The notes under the pieces were generated by a model. That model was given only the letters and a program-made list of their open reading frames with translations, was not told the DNA's origin and did no database searches. DNA of 64,000 nucleotides. It comes from Smithellaceae bacterium. Lineage in GTDB: Bacteria; Desulfobacterota; Syntrophia; Syntrophales; Smithellaceae. Of the stretch, positions 29,363 to 40,159 are shown piece by piece. How positions within the stretch are numbered: the first letter of the stretch is position 1; each line of letters begins with the position of its first letter. Location of the stretch: the NCBI GenBank assembly GCA_963667845.2, contig CAXXVL010000002.1, forward strand, positions 1,312,001 through 1,376,000, given 5' to 3'. A program made the position numbers and the translations under genes.

Positions 29363-31357
29363 ATGATCCTGTCCAAATATGGAATTGCAATATTCGGGAT
29401 ATTGACACTTCCTGTGATCTATTTCATCAGCCGGCAGAATTACAACCTGTTTCACAGCCTGGTGGACGGAGTAACCATTGTCATCGCCGCCAGTGCCTTT
29501 ACGATCATCTGGAATTCACGGCGTCTGGTGGACAACCATTATTTTCTCTACATCGGCATCGCCTTTCTTTTTTTCGCCATCCTGGATTTAATGCATCTGC
29601 TGGGTAACAAGAATATGGGCATACTTCCCGAGTATGGCAATCTCGGCCCCACCTTTTATATTGCCAGCAGATATGTCCTGAGCATTTCACTCTTGATCGC
29701 CCCGGTTTTTATAACCCGCAGGCTCAACACGTCTGTGATGTATGCCGTTTATTCCGGCGTTACTTTGCTTATTTTGCTTTCGATACTCTACTGGAAGATC
29801 TTTCCGATTTGCATCGTCGAAGGCGTCGGCCTGACGCCTTTCAAGGTGGTCAGCGACTATGTCATTTGCCTGATCTTACTGGGGGCGATCGGGATGCTGC
29901 TCGCCAATCGCGACTCGTTCGATTCCAGAGTGCTATGGCTTATTGTGTCTTCCATTATCTTGGCCATTGCTACCGGTCTGGCTTTCAGTCTGTATACGGA
30001 TCCCTTCGGTGTATCCAATATGATTGGTCATTTGTTTCAGATCGGTTCCTTCTATCTGGTCTACCTTGCTTTTATTGAAACGAGTCTGACCAAACCGCAA
30101 GAAATATTATACCGGAAGTTGAAACAGAATGAGGAAAAATTGACAGAAAACGTCAAGCAACTGGATTATGTCAATGCCGAATTAAAACAGGAAATCACCG
30201 AACGCAAGCGGGCTGAAGAAACAATACGCGGGAGCCGGGCAAAATTGGAGGCCGCCCTGGCCAGCATGACCGACGCCGTTTTCATTTCGGACGCTGCGGG
30301 GCAGTTTATCGAATTTAATGACGCCTTTGCGGCCTTCCATAGATTCAGGAGCAAGGACGAATGCGCCAGAACGTTTGCCGAATATCCCGACATTCTCGAC
30401 GTCTTCATGGCCGACGGGTCCCCGGCGCCGGTGGACATGTGGGCGGTACCCCGAGCCTTGCGCGGGGAGACCGACACGAATGCCGAATACACTTTGCGCC
30501 GCAAGGATACGGGCGAAACATGGGTTGGAAGCTACAGCTTCAGCCCGATTCGCGACAAGGGAGGCGCAATCGTCGGGTCGGTGGTCGTGGGTCGCGACAT
30601 TACGGAGATCAAAAAAGCGACGGAGGTGCTGAACCGGCAATCGGCCAAACTCGAGGCCGCCAATCAGGAGCTCGAGTCCTTTTCCTACTCTGTTTCCCAT
30701 GACCTGCGGGCTCCACTGCGCGCAATCGACGGATATGCCCGGATGATCTTGAAAAAGCAGGCGGACAAATTTGACCCGGAAACTGAGCGTCAATTCAATG
30801 TCATCCGGGAAAATATCGGCAGTATGAACAATCTCATTGAAGATCTGCTCGCTTTTTCACGACTGGGCCGGCAGGCCATGACTCAATCGAAGGTCAAGAT
30901 GGAAGACTTGTGCCAGGAGGTGTGGGAAGATTTAGCGACGGCGCATCAGGGCAGGCCTTTGGATTTCAAACTCGAGCCGTTGCCTCCGCTCCTGGGCGAT
31001 CCGGCGCTTATTAAACAGGTGTTCAAAAACCTTCTCGAAAATGCAGTGAAATTTACCAAAATAAGGGATGCGGCTCTGATCGAAGCCGGCAGCTTCGTCA
31101 GGGAAAACGAGATTGTCTATTACGTGCGGGACAACGGCATTGGTTTTGATATGCGCTACTACAATAAACTGTTCAGCGTCTTTCAGCGTCTTCATGGTCC
31201 GGACGATTATGAGGGCACGGGGATCGGTCTGTCCATCGTCCAGCGGATCATCCTGAGGCATGGAGGACGGGTCTGGGCGGAAGCAAAAGAAAACGAGGGT
31301 GCCACTTTTTATTTTTCATTTCCCTTGGACATCCGGCAAGATAAGGCTGCGTCCTGA
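29363..31357 (+). CDS. Sensor histidine kinase (MASE3-like TM domain, PAS, HisKA, HATPase)
   Basis: SHDLRAPL H-box, NLLENAVKF, DNGIG, GTGIGL. Confidence 0.93.
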   Translation: MILSKYGIAIFGILTLPVIYFISRQNYNLFHSLVDGVTIVIAASAFTIIWNSRRLVDNHYFLYIGIAFLFFAILDLMHLLGNKNMGILPEYGNLGPTFYIASRYVLSISLLIAPVFITRRLNTSVMYAVYSGVTLLILLSILYWKIFPICIVEGVGLTPFKVVSDYVICLILLGAIGMLLANRDSFDSRVLWLIVSSIILAIATGLAFSLYTDPFGVSNMIGHLFQIGSFYLVYLAFIETSLTKPQEILYRKLKQNEEKLTENVKQLDYVNAELKQEITERKRAEETIRGSRAKLEAALASMTDAVFISDAAGQFIEFNDAFAAFHRFRSKDECARTFAEYPDILDVFMADGSPAPVDMWAVPRALRGETDTNAEYTLRRKDTGETWVGSYSFSPIRDKGGAIVGSVVVGRDITEIKKATEVLNRQSAKLEAANQELESFSYSVSHDLRAPLRAIDGYARMILKKQADKFDPETERQFNVIRENIGSMNNLIEDLLAFSRLGRQAMTQSKVKMEDLCQEVWEDLATAHQGRPLDFKLEPLPPLLGDPALIKQVFKNLLENAVKFTKIRDAALIEAGSFVRENEIVYYVRDNGIGFDMRYYNKLFSVFQRLHGPDDYEGTGIGLSIVQRIILRHGGRVWAEAKENEGATFYFSFPLDIRQDKAAS

Positions 31358-31641
31358 AAAAGCGGGCGGCTGCGGACTCGACCTTTAATGTCCTTGCCCC
31401 GGGCCCCGGAGGTCATCGAGGGTTCCGAATAGAAATTCCGGGAATTGCGGGGGAAAACAGCCATTTTGAGTGGCAGTGGCTATTTTTTACAACGTGCGTT
31501 ATAAGAGGCTCTTGACGTGACCTTATAGGTGTGATAACGCCTCAGAATAACTTTGAGCTGCGTCGTTGAATGGTGTTAATCTCTGGGATATCAAGAAAAC
31601 GATTTCATCGTTAAAATACAAAAAATATATTAGGAGGAGTT

Positions 31642-32853
31642 ATGAGCAGAGAAGTTGTATTTGTAGATGGTGTTAGGACGGCCTTTGGAACATTCGGCAA
31701 AACCCTGCGCAACATTCTGGGCGAAGAGCTGGCCGGCATGGCCATCAAGGGTCTTGTCCAAAGATCAAAGGTTATTGAAAAAGGTGGAGTAGTTGAAGGT
31801 GTTTTCATGGGCTCGGCCATCGGACCCAGCACAGCCATTAACGGCGCTCGCTGGCCCGTCCTGGCTTCCGGTCTTCCGGAGAGCACGGTGGCTTCTTATG
31901 TTGAAATGCAATGCGGTTCCGCGATTGATTCCATCAATCACGCCGCCTGGAAAATTCTGGCCGGTCAGGCGGACATCATGATCGCCGGCGGTTACGAATC
32001 ATACAGCCAGGCCCCCTGCCGTTTCCCGATGAACACCGAACCTTTCAAGATGATTCCCCCGCTGCCGATCGCTTATTCTTTATCGCCGACCAGAGATCCG
32101 GCGACCATGAACATGGGACTGACGGCGGAAGCCCTGCAGAAGATGTACAATATTTCGCGCGCAGCGCAGGATGAATTTTCTTACCGCAGCCAGCAGCGCA
32201 CCAAGAAAGCCATCGATTCCGGCTTCTGCGCCCAGGATATCATTCCGGTTACAGTTCCCCAGGGAAAGAAGAATCCTCCGCTGGAGTTCAAGGTCGATGA
32301 ATTCCCCCGTGCGGAAACCACGATGGAAGGCCTGGCCAAGCTGCCCCCCGCATTCATTAAAGAAGGAACGGTAACAGCGGGCAACGCCTCCGGTCGTAAT
32401 GACGGTGCGGCATTCGTTCTGATGATGACCAAAGAAAAGGCCGAACAGTTAGGCTTCAAGCCCTGGGCCAAGTGGCTCTCCGGCGGCGACTATGGCGTCG
32501 ATCCCAAGATCATGGGCATCGCCCCCGCTTACGCGGTTCCGATGGCGCTCAAGCGCGCAGGCATCAAGATGAGCCAGCTCGATGTTATCGAGTGCAATGA
32601 AGCCTTCGCCGTGCAGAATCTGGCGGTGGCCGCGGAACTGGAAAAACAGACCGGTGATAAAGTTAACTGGGATAAATGGAACCCGAACGGCGGTGCCATT
32701 TCCTACGGTCATCCCAACGGCGCTTCCGGCGCGCGGATCTGCATCTTCACGATGCGCGAACTGCAGAAAAAAGGCGGCAAGTACGGTTGCTACAGCTCCT
32801 GCTGCGGTGGTGGCTTGGGCGTTGCGACGGTTATCGAGAACCTGACGGTATAA
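31642..32853 (+). CDS. Thiolase (acetyl-CoA C-acyltransferase)
   Basis: CGS, NEAF, GHPNGASG, CCGGG. Confidence 0.95.
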   Translation: MSREVVFVDGVRTAFGTFGKTLRNILGEELAGMAIKGLVQRSKVIEKGGVVEGVFMGSAIGPSTAINGARWPVLASGLPESTVASYVEMQCGSAIDSINHAAWKILAGQADIMIAGGYESYSQAPCRFPMNTEPFKMIPPLPIAYSLSPTRDPATMNMGLTAEALQKMYNISRAAQDEFSYRSQQRTKKAIDSGFCAQDIIPVTVPQGKKNPPLEFKVDEFPRAETTMEGLAKLPPAFIKEGTVTAGNASGRNDGAAFVLMMTKEKAEQLGFKPWAKWLSGGDYGVDPKIMGIAPAYAVPMALKRAGIKMSQLDVIECNEAFAVQNLAVAAELEKQTGDKVNWDKWNPNGGAISYGHPNGASGARICIFTMRELQKKGGKYGCYSSCCGGGLGVATVIENLTV

Positions 32854-33033
32854 TCTTTTTACGACAGGCGTGCTCGATTAAGCGCAGGATAGAACATTAA
32901 TGCTGATTTCCAATGCCGCCAGGTTCAAATCGCCTGGCGGCATTTACTTGTAAACTGAAGGTTAAGCGGATCGGTAAGGGAACATCAGTAAAAGCCGGAC
33001 TGCGGCATGCCGCACAAAGAAAAGGAAAAAGCT

Positions 33034-34842
33034 ATGGCAGAAAAATTTATCAGCGATCGAAATTTGAAGTTTTTATTGTATGAAGTAAACGATACGGAAT
33101 CTCTCTTAAAGTATCCCCGTTATGCCGACCACAGCCGGGAAGTTTTCGACATGATCATGGAAACTGCGATGAGAATGGGCAAGGATCTCTTTAAGCCCCT
33201 TTTTGAGGAAATGGACCGCAAGGGGCCCGAATATGTGAATGGCGAGGTCAAAGTTCACCCCAAAGTCCGCGACATCATGCGGGAGTGCGGCGCGGGCGGC
33301 TGGATTGCAGCGCCCTTTTCCTATGAAGATGGCGGACAGCAACTGCCGTTCACCGTCGGGGTCATGGTGCCGACGGCCATTTTTGGCGCGGCGAACTACT
33401 CCGCCGCCGTCTATCATGGTCTGACGCACGGTGCCGCGGGCCTGATCGTTTCCTACGGAACGCAGGAAATGAAAGACACCTATCTGCCAAAAATGATTGC
33501 CGGCGAATGGCAGGGTACCATGGCGCTGACCGAACCGCAGGCGGGGAGTTCGCTCACCGACCTCTCGACGACGGCAACGCCGACGGATCAGGGTTACTAT
33601 AAAATCAAAGGCCAGAAGCTATTCATCTCCGCGGGCGATCATAACGGCGCGGATAACATCGTTCATCTGGCTTTGGTGAGACTCAAAGACGCGCCTCCCG
33701 GCGTGAAAGGCATTTCGCTCTTCGTTATTCCGAAGAAACGCATTAAGGCCGACGGGTCGCTCGAAGCCAACGATGTCAACTGTGCCGGCATTTATCACAA
33801 GCTCGGTTATCGCGGCGCGCCCATCACCCAGCTCGCCTTCGGCGAAAACGATGATTGCCGCGGCTGGCTGGTCGGAGAGGCTAACAAAGGGCTGGGTTAT
33901 ATGTTCCAGATGATGAACGGAGCCAGAATCGACGTGGGTCTGGGTGCCGCCTGTATTTCATCCGCTGCCTACTATGCTTCTCTGGAATATGCCAAAGAAA
34001 GACCCCAGGGGCGAAAATTGACCTCCAAAGATCCGCTGTCTCCGCAGATACCGATCATCGAGCATGCCGACATCAAACGGATGCTCCTGTTCCAGAGATC
34101 CATTGTGGAAGGGTCGCTCGCATTGCTGGTCCAGTGCGGTCTTTATGAGGATCTGGAGCACGTAACGGAAGGCGAGGAGCATGAAAATTATAACCTGCTT
34201 CTGGAACTTTTGACGCCTGTTGCCAAGACCTATCCATCGGAAATGGGTATTTTGTCCTGTTCGCAGGGCTTGCAGATTCTTGGTGGCTATGGGTTCTGCG
34301 AGGAGTTCCCCCTTGAACAGCATTACCGCGATGTACGGATCCACCCGATTCATGAAGGCACCACCGGCATCCAGGGCATGGACTTGCTTGGCCGCAAGAT
34401 GATGATGAAGAAGGGCAAAGCCGCCCAGTTGTACCTGACGGAAGTCCGCAAGGCCGTCAAAGAAGCCGAAGGCGATGCGGAACTGAAGCCGCTTGCCGAG
34501 AAACTGACCGCAGCAGTGGCTCTCCTGGAAAAAGTGACGGCGCATCAGTTTGAAGTGGCCGCCACGAAGGGGCCGGAGATGTTCCTGGCTGACGCCACGC
34601 TTTATCTGGAATTTTTCGGTATTATTGCGATTGGCTGGCAGTGGCTTCGTCAGGCCTCGGCAGCCAAGAGGGCGCTTGCGAAGAATCCCGGCGAGGCTGA
34701 TGTGAATTTCTTCAATGGAAAGCTCGCCACCTGCTACTATTTCTTCGGCTATGAACTGCCCAAGATTGAAGGCCTGTCCACCAGACTGCTGAATGGCGAC
34801 GGCCTGACCGTGACGATGAAAAACGAGTATTTCGAAGATTAA
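33034..34842 (+). CDS. Acyl-CoA dehydrogenase (long FadE type)
   Basis: TMALTEPQAGS, GQKLFIS, GGYG, IHEGTTGIQ. Confidence 0.95.
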   Translation: MAEKFISDRNLKFLLYEVNDTESLLKYPRYADHSREVFDMIMETAMRMGKDLFKPLFEEMDRKGPEYVNGEVKVHPKVRDIMRECGAGGWIAAPFSYEDGGQQLPFTVGVMVPTAIFGAANYSAAVYHGLTHGAAGLIVSYGTQEMKDTYLPKMIAGEWQGTMALTEPQAGSSLTDLSTTATPTDQGYYKIKGQKLFISAGDHNGADNIVHLALVRLKDAPPGVKGISLFVIPKKRIKADGSLEANDVNCAGIYHKLGYRGAPITQLAFGENDDCRGWLVGEANKGLGYMFQMMNGARIDVGLGAACISSAAYYASLEYAKERPQGRKLTSKDPLSPQIPIIEHADIKRMLLFQRSIVEGSLALLVQCGLYEDLEHVTEGEEHENYNLLLELLTPVAKTYPSEMGILSCSQGLQILGGYGFCEEFPLEQHYRDVRIHPIHEGTTGIQGMDLLGRKMMMKKGKAAQLYLTEVRKAVKEAEGDAELKPLAEKLTAAVALLEKVTAHQFEVAATKGPEMFLADATLYLEFFGIIAIGWQWLRQASAAKRALAKNPGEADVNFFNGKLATCYYFFGYELPKIEGLSTRLLNGDGLTVTMKNEYFED

Positions 34843-34848
34843 AAACCT

Positions 34849-34889
34849 AAAGGCGGAAGACGGGCCAAACGGCCTGCCTTCCGCCTTTC
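34849..34889 (+). terminator. Terminator hairpin
   Basis: AAAGGCGGAAG...CTTCCGCCTTT. Confidence 0.65.
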
Positions 34890-35296
34890 ATTGTAGACCT
34901 AACAGTCTACAGTCTAAAAGTCTTAACAGCTCTATCTAAAATTCCCCGTGTCCACCCCAGGTTTTTCCCCAGGAATTTCTGACGAGCAGCGCGCCGGTCT
35001 TTTTTTTGCTCCGGCAGCATCATTTTTGATTTCCATCTTATCCATCGTCCATCTCCTTGATCCGTCAGGATCGCGATAAATTTTTTAAAGTGACTTTACC
35101 GTGCGAAAAAATATTAAGGATTTAAATGAGTGTTTTGTTGATAGCAGAACATGCTAATTTGTCAGGATAATCATTGCGCCGGCCATTTTATGCATCGATC
35201 AACCGCCTGCGCGATAAATTGCGCTTGACAGCCTGAAATAATTGCGTTAAACAGCCAGACCTTAATAAAAAAAAGATGTTCGGGAGGAAGATACTT

Positions 35297-35557
35297 TTGG
35301 CAACACATAAATCAGCAGAGAAACGCGATCGTCAAAGCAAAGTCCGCCGGGAGCGCAATATCGCTGCCAAGTCCGCGATCAAAACAAAAGTCAAAACGGT
35401 TCTTGCAGCCGTTGACAGTAAAAACAAGGAGACTTCGGCAAGTGCTCTCAAAGCGACCGTTCCCGACCTGGCCAAAGCCGCTGCTAAAGGCCTGATCCAC
35501 AAGAAGAACGCCTCGCGCAAGATTTCGCGCCTGACCAAAAAAGTTAACGCCCTCTAG
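35297..35557 (+). CDS. rpsT: 30S ribosomal protein S20
   Basis: ATHKSAEKRDRQ...KGLIHKKNASRKISRL; TTG start after GGAGG. Confidence 0.97.
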   Translation: MATHKSAEKRDRQSKVRRERNIAAKSAIKTKVKTVLAAVDSKNKETSASALKATVPDLAKAAAKGLIHKKNASRKISRLTKKVNAL

Positions 35558-35571
35558 TCAGCATTCATATG

Positions 35572-35605
35572 ACGCGGTTGTGCTTCCGGGCAGGCCGCGT
35601 TTTTT
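35572..35605 (+). terminator. rpsT terminator
   Basis: ACGCGG...CCGCGT followed by a T-run. Confidence 0.65.
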
Positions 35606-35637
35606 ACTGTCTCGCTATTTTCAAAAAATAAATCCTC

Positions 35638-36450
35638 TTACATCAGAGATTTTTCGCCCACAGCCTTGAAGAACGTGTAGCAGAAAACGCCGTCGTCTTC
35701 CGCCGTGCGGTACAGGTCCCTGATGCCCTGATCGAAGATATCCTGCTCGATGAGACCGGCCGCAAGAGCCGCTTCGCGAACGCCCTCGATCATGGCCGTG
35801 AATGTCTTTTTCGTGAAGCCGTCAACCAGTCCGGGCTTTCCCGAATCGACATACACCATCCGGGGTGAGACATGAACCCGGCTGAAGCCCGCTCTGTTCA
35901 AGCATGGATAAAGCTCCCTGCCGATCATGGCATTGCCGCCCGCGCGCCGCTGCAACTCAACCTGGCACTCGATCGCCAGGTGCGCTGCGCTGCTTGCCGG
36001 ATAAAAATAGGCCGACCCGTGATCTCCTTCAATGACAGTAATTGTCCCCCCTTTTTTCAAAACACGTTTCAAACAGGAAAGCGCTTCGCCGGGGCGCGCC
36101 AGGTGTTCAAGAACAAAACAAATAAAAACATGGTCGAATGACTCCGCTGCGAAGGGCAGATCAAAGATATCGGCCTGCTGGAATTTTACATTCGCCAGAC
36201 CCGCCTCGTCTGCTTTCCGCCTCGCTTCGATAAGCGAGGTCTCCGAGATATCCACAGATGTAATCAAGGCGTCGGGGCTGTTCCCGGCGAGCGTTAAGGT
36301 TTGCGCAGCAACACCGCAGCCCGCTTCCAGAACGAGGCTTCCTGCGGGATACGTGGTATCGGAGTGCAGCAAATCGACCAGCGTAGATGCCTGATCCTGC
36401 AAGCGTACATTTTCTCTATGATCATAGCCGTGCACGTACTTATTCTTCAT
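35638..36450 (-). CDS. Class I SAM-dependent methyltransferase
   Basis: LEAGCG, VDIS, FDHVF..FVLEH. Confidence 0.9.
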   Translation of the reverse strand: MKNKYVHGYDHRENVRLQDQASTLVDLLHSDTTYPAGSLVLEAGCGVAAQTLTLAGNSPDALITSVDISETSLIEARRKADEAGLANVKFQQADIFDLPFAAESFDHVFICFVLEHLARPGEALSCLKRVLKKGGTITVIEGDHGSAYFYPASSAAHLAIECQVELQRRAGGNAMIGRELYPCLNRAGFSRVHVSPRMVYVDSGKPGLVDGFTKKTFTAMIEGVREAALAAGLIEQDIFDQGIRDLYRTAEDDGVFCYTFFKAVGEKSLM

Positions 36451-36489
36451 GGTGTGTTTTCCGCCTTTTCAATAATAAAGATGAAATGT

Positions 36490-37575
36490 TTATTTCTGCC
36501 CGGCCGCGGGCGATATCGGGGAAGGGTTCATATTCCGGGACAGGAACGCATTGACGATGGACTTTAAATTTTCCTGATCACAAAAGAAAGCAAAATGCCC
36601 GCAGGCGCCATTGAGCTCGGCTGTTTCCGCTCCGAAGAGTCGTGCAAAGGCTTTGGCATCCTCCATATTAAACATCTGGTCCTGCGCGGAGGTGACGAGC
36701 AGGCATTTGGCCCGAATGGCTGCGGCAGCGGCCTTGCGGGACCCGCCAAAGTCTTTCAGGATATCGTGCGCCAGGATGGCCTTGACCTGCCAGGCCCAGT
36801 TTGTGGCATCATATTTGGACAGACGTTCCTGCTGCGAGCTGAGGAATGCGGGAAAGGCGGCCGCGCTTGTATTGGTCGATCGATAATCGGGCGCCCAGGC
36901 ATGTAGAATATGGAGTGGTGCCAGGGCCTTCATCGCAGCCGCACTGCCCTTACACTCAGTGATGTTTTCGAGTATTCCGAGTTGTGCCGACCAGAAAAGC
37001 ATTTCGGGGGAGGACATCCAGGCACCCCCCAGGATGGGGATTGCCTGATCCATAAAGGCCGGATAGGAAACCATCCACTGAAACGCCTCCATAGCGCCCA
37101 TCGAAATGCCGGTCACTGCATGGATATGATGAATATTTAATGTTCCGGTCAGCACGGCATGCTGAGCGCGGACCATATCGCGGATGCTGAAGCCTGGGAA
37201 GGACCTGCCCGGCTGACTCGGGCTGTTGGAGGGCGACGAAGAGCCGCCTCCCCCGAAGGATTCAATTGCGATAACATAAAATTTCGAACTGTCGAAGATT
37301 TTGCCGGGTCCCAGGAAGCCGATCTCGACGAGCTCCTGCGGTGTTCCGGCGAGCCAGGTCGGAATCAGTACGACATTGGACTTATCGGCATTCAATGTTC
37401 CGGATGTGAGATAAGCCAGGCGGCAATCACGGATGATACTCCCGTTCTCCAGTCGGAAATCCCCCAGATCGGCATAACGGACAGGGCCATCTGCCCGGGC
37501 GACGCCATAAATGAAAAAGATAATAATCAGGAAAAGAAGAATGCAATACCGGCCGTTCTCAATACGATGGGACAA
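36490..37575 (-). CDS. Homoserine O-acetyltransferase-like alpha/beta hydrolase with signal peptide
   Basis: GTLNADKSN, SIRDMVRAQ, GISMG, GH; hydrophobic N-terminus ending ARA. Confidence 0.8.
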   Translation of the reverse strand: MSHRIENGRYCILLFLIIIFFIYGVARADGPVRYADLGDFRLENGSIIRDCRLAYLTSGTLNADKSNVVLIPTWLAGTPQELVEIGFLGPGKIFDSSKFYVIAIESFGGGGSSSPSNSPSQPGRSFPGFSIRDMVRAQHAVLTGTLNIHHIHAVTGISMGAMEAFQWMVSYPAFMDQAIPILGGAWMSSPEMLFWSAQLGILENITECKGSAAAMKALAPLHILHAWAPDYRSTNTSAAAFPAFLSSQQERLSKYDATNWAWQVKAILAHDILKDFGGSRKAAAAAIRAKCLLVTSAQDQMFNMEDAKAFARLFGAETAELNGACGHFAFFCDQENLKSIVNAFLSRNMNPSPISPAAGQK

Positions 37576-37611
37576 TTTCTGTCACCTCTGCTTTTTGCCT
37601 CGGGTTCTGGA

Positions 37612-38730
37612 TTACTGTTTCTTACCGATCAAATCGATGACGGTAATTTCCGGCGGAGCAAAGACGCGCACCGGGGGGCCCCAGGTCCCGGCTCCGCGGC
37701 TGACATAGAGCAGCTTACCGGGGGCCAATTCATATCTGCCGTAGTGTTTGGGGAAAAATAAACGGGTAACGATACTGAAAGGGAAAAGCTGGCCGGCATG
37801 CGTGTGGCCGGAAATCTGCAAATCAAAATTCGCGTCCTTATCGATATGAGGTTGATGCCTCAACAGTAAAACAAATCCGTCATGTTTTTCGGCAAGTGCC
37901 TTCAGAAAGGCTTCCGCTTTCTTCGTCAGACCTGATCGGTGACCGGTTTCATCATCCTCACCGAAAATCGTGATGCCTGCGGCGCTGGTAACGTCATCGC
38001 GCAAAAGCTCAAAGCCTGCCGCCCGTGTAAATTCCATAGATTCCCGGAGTCCGGCATAGTATTCGTGATTGCCCAGAATGGCGAACTTGCCGTACGGGGC
38101 TTTGATCTCGGCAAAGCGTTTGGCATCGTCCATGATGTTGTTGAGTTCGCCGTCGAGCAGGTCGCCCGTGGAGATCAGAATATCGGGTCGGCTTTCCCGG
38201 ATGAGTTCCAGAAGAGGACTTAAGCGACGGTTCCGGATAATGATTCCGACATGCACATCGGAGATCTGGACAATACGAAGGTGTCCGTCTCCGGGGAGAA
38301 CTTGATCCGTTGTGATTTGCAGATTCTTGACGCGGATGTGCTGAGCGTCAATATAGCCATAAACGACGAGGGCGGCGGCCAGAAATGCGGCCAAGCCGAA
38401 CGTGACCGCTTTGAGCGTGAGGGTTCCGGTTTCGGGAACGATCAGCTTGTGGACGACCCGAATCAATTCCAGAGAAACACTCCAAAAGAAAAACAGGAAG
38501 ACTAACGCCATCCAGATATAGCCGATGCACGCGACCAGGCGGGCGAGGTGCTCATAACGCATGGTTTCCAGCGTCCGGACAATGACCGGAGCAAGAATCA
38601 GCAGGATGATGAAGATCAGGATGATGCCCTGCAGAAGACCGGAAAAGTGAAGGATACTTCTGGCGCGGAAAAAGAAGTAAAAATTGATTCCGCCATACAG
38701 ACAAAAAAAAGTTAAAAGAAAAAGAATCAT
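37612..38730 (-). CDS. Membrane-anchored metallophosphoesterase
   Basis: SDVH, TGDLLD, GNHE, GHTH. Confidence 0.92.
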   Translation of the reverse strand: MILFLLTFFCLYGGINFYFFFRARSILHFSGLLQGIILIFIILLILAPVIVRTLETMRYEHLARLVACIGYIWMALVFLFFFWSVSLELIRVVHKLIVPETGTLTLKAVTFGLAAFLAAALVVYGYIDAQHIRVKNLQITTDQVLPGDGHLRIVQISDVHVGIIIRNRRLSPLLELIRESRPDILISTGDLLDGELNNIMDDAKRFAEIKAPYGKFAILGNHEYYAGLRESMEFTRAAGFELLRDDVTSAAGITIFGEDDETGHRSGLTKKAEAFLKALAEKHDGFVLLLRHQPHIDKDANFDLQISGHTHAGQLFPFSIVTRLFFPKHYGRYELAPGKLLYVSRGAGTWGPPVRVFAPPEITVIDLIGKKQ

Positions 38731-38859
38731 CTGATTTTCCTGTTTATCCGTAATTGTTGTCGAAGGCTAAAGGAAAATGAACACGATGTCAATTGCTAAG
38801 CCGCAGATTGATGTTGACAAGGTCAATTCCTTAATATAAATACGACGTCTCTTTCGGAT

Positions 38860-38935
<76 letters not shown>

Positions 38936-39043
38936 TTTAAATTAAGGGTTTAGGCAATAAATGCTTAATCCCTTTTTCTTTGTCCGAAAGTGTTTTACCA
39001 CTTCTTTACCACTTTCGGATTCTATTCACGGAGTCCATTGCGC

Positions 39044-39796
39044 ATGCCCAGAGACTGGAAGAACAAAAAAGACTATGATTACATGGGTAATCACACGTCT
39101 GAATTATGGGCATGGGAATTTCTGCGGCGAAATCAAGAATACCGTAAAGACTGGGAAACAGCATTGGCAAAATGGAATAAAAGAAGAAACCGTGGAAAGA
39201 GTTCGTGGAGACAACTGGTCGATCAAGGTTACAATGCGGAAAATGAGCGTCCCGAAAGAATATCTTTTAAAAATGCGCGATCTCGGTGGGGATTATTAGA
39301 ACAAAATATTGTTGATCCCGATATAGATATTGATAAACGAAATAATGAATTTAATATGCCTCTTTTTTATGAAGCGGGGCTTCTATTTCACGATAACGAA
39401 TTCAGCATACTGCAAGTACTGGGTATCGAAAAATCACAAGTTATTTTGCTTTTTGATCTTAATCATCGCATTAAACAGCAATACGATCAAAATGAAGCAG
39501 AATTATTGGCCTTGCAGAATGAATTCTTGCGTGGAAAAAGGATCCTCGATCGTAAAAATACGGGGAAACACGATTTATGGGGAAAATATATTAGAATCTT
39601 GGATGCGTACGAAGCGAAAATAAAACCAAGTGAAATTGCGCCAGTTATATTTCCTGACCTCGAAAATGACTATCCAGGATTTAAAGGCACTAGGAGAGTA
39701 TCTTCATATTTCAATTCCGCTAAAGAATTAGTAGATGGAGAATATTTTAAAATATTACAAGAGACTTCCATCAAGAAACAAATAAAAAACAAATAA
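39044..39796 (+). CDS. DUF6499/DUF2285-like (FseA-type) transcriptional regulator
   Basis: WAWEFLRRNQEY; C-terminal YIRILDA...SEIAPVIF...AKELVDGEY; GGAG RBS before ATG 39044. Confidence 0.7.
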   Translation: MPRDWKNKKDYDYMGNHTSELWAWEFLRRNQEYRKDWETALAKWNKRRNRGKSSWRQLVDQGYNAENERPERISFKNARSRWGLLEQNIVDPDIDIDKRNNEFNMPLFYEAGLLFHDNEFSILQVLGIEKSQVILLFDLNHRIKQQYDQNEAELLALQNEFLRGKRILDRKNTGKHDLWGKYIRILDAYEAKIKPSEIAPVIFPDLENDYPGFKGTRRVSSYFNSAKELVDGEYFKILQETSIKKQIKNK

Positions 39797-39912
39797 TATA
39801 AAATACATATAAACTTTTTCTAATCCAAGTTCTTCCCGTAGGTTTCCTATACTATTAATAAATCGATGATACATTCCTTTACAAAATAAATGATTCTGAA
39901 GGAGGAATTATC

Positions 39913-40143
39913 ATGATCGAAAATAACACCGACAAAATTAACTGGAGCCATTTACTAGATCAGCTTCCCGATCCTGTGTGGCGTAGCCGGTGGGATACAT
40001 TGGCTGAAAAGTACGGCCTGCCGTTCAAGCGTTCTTACATGCAAAACCTAGATTCGGAGGGCAGGGGTCCTGAAAAAAAGTACATGAAGGAACGCGTTGC
40101 ATATCCGCGAGCCGAATTAGTCAAATGGCTGAATTCACTTTAA
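39913..40143 (+). CDS. Excisionase/AlpA-like HTH protein
   Basis: 76 aa, YMQNLDSEGRGP...RVAYPRAELVKWL; GGAGG RBS. Confidence 0.7.
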   Translation: MIENNTDKINWSHLLDQLPDPVWRSRWDTLAEKYGLPFKRSYMQNLDSEGRGPEKKYMKERVAYPRAELVKWLNSL

Positions 40144-40159
40144 CATAAGGAGGCAAACT

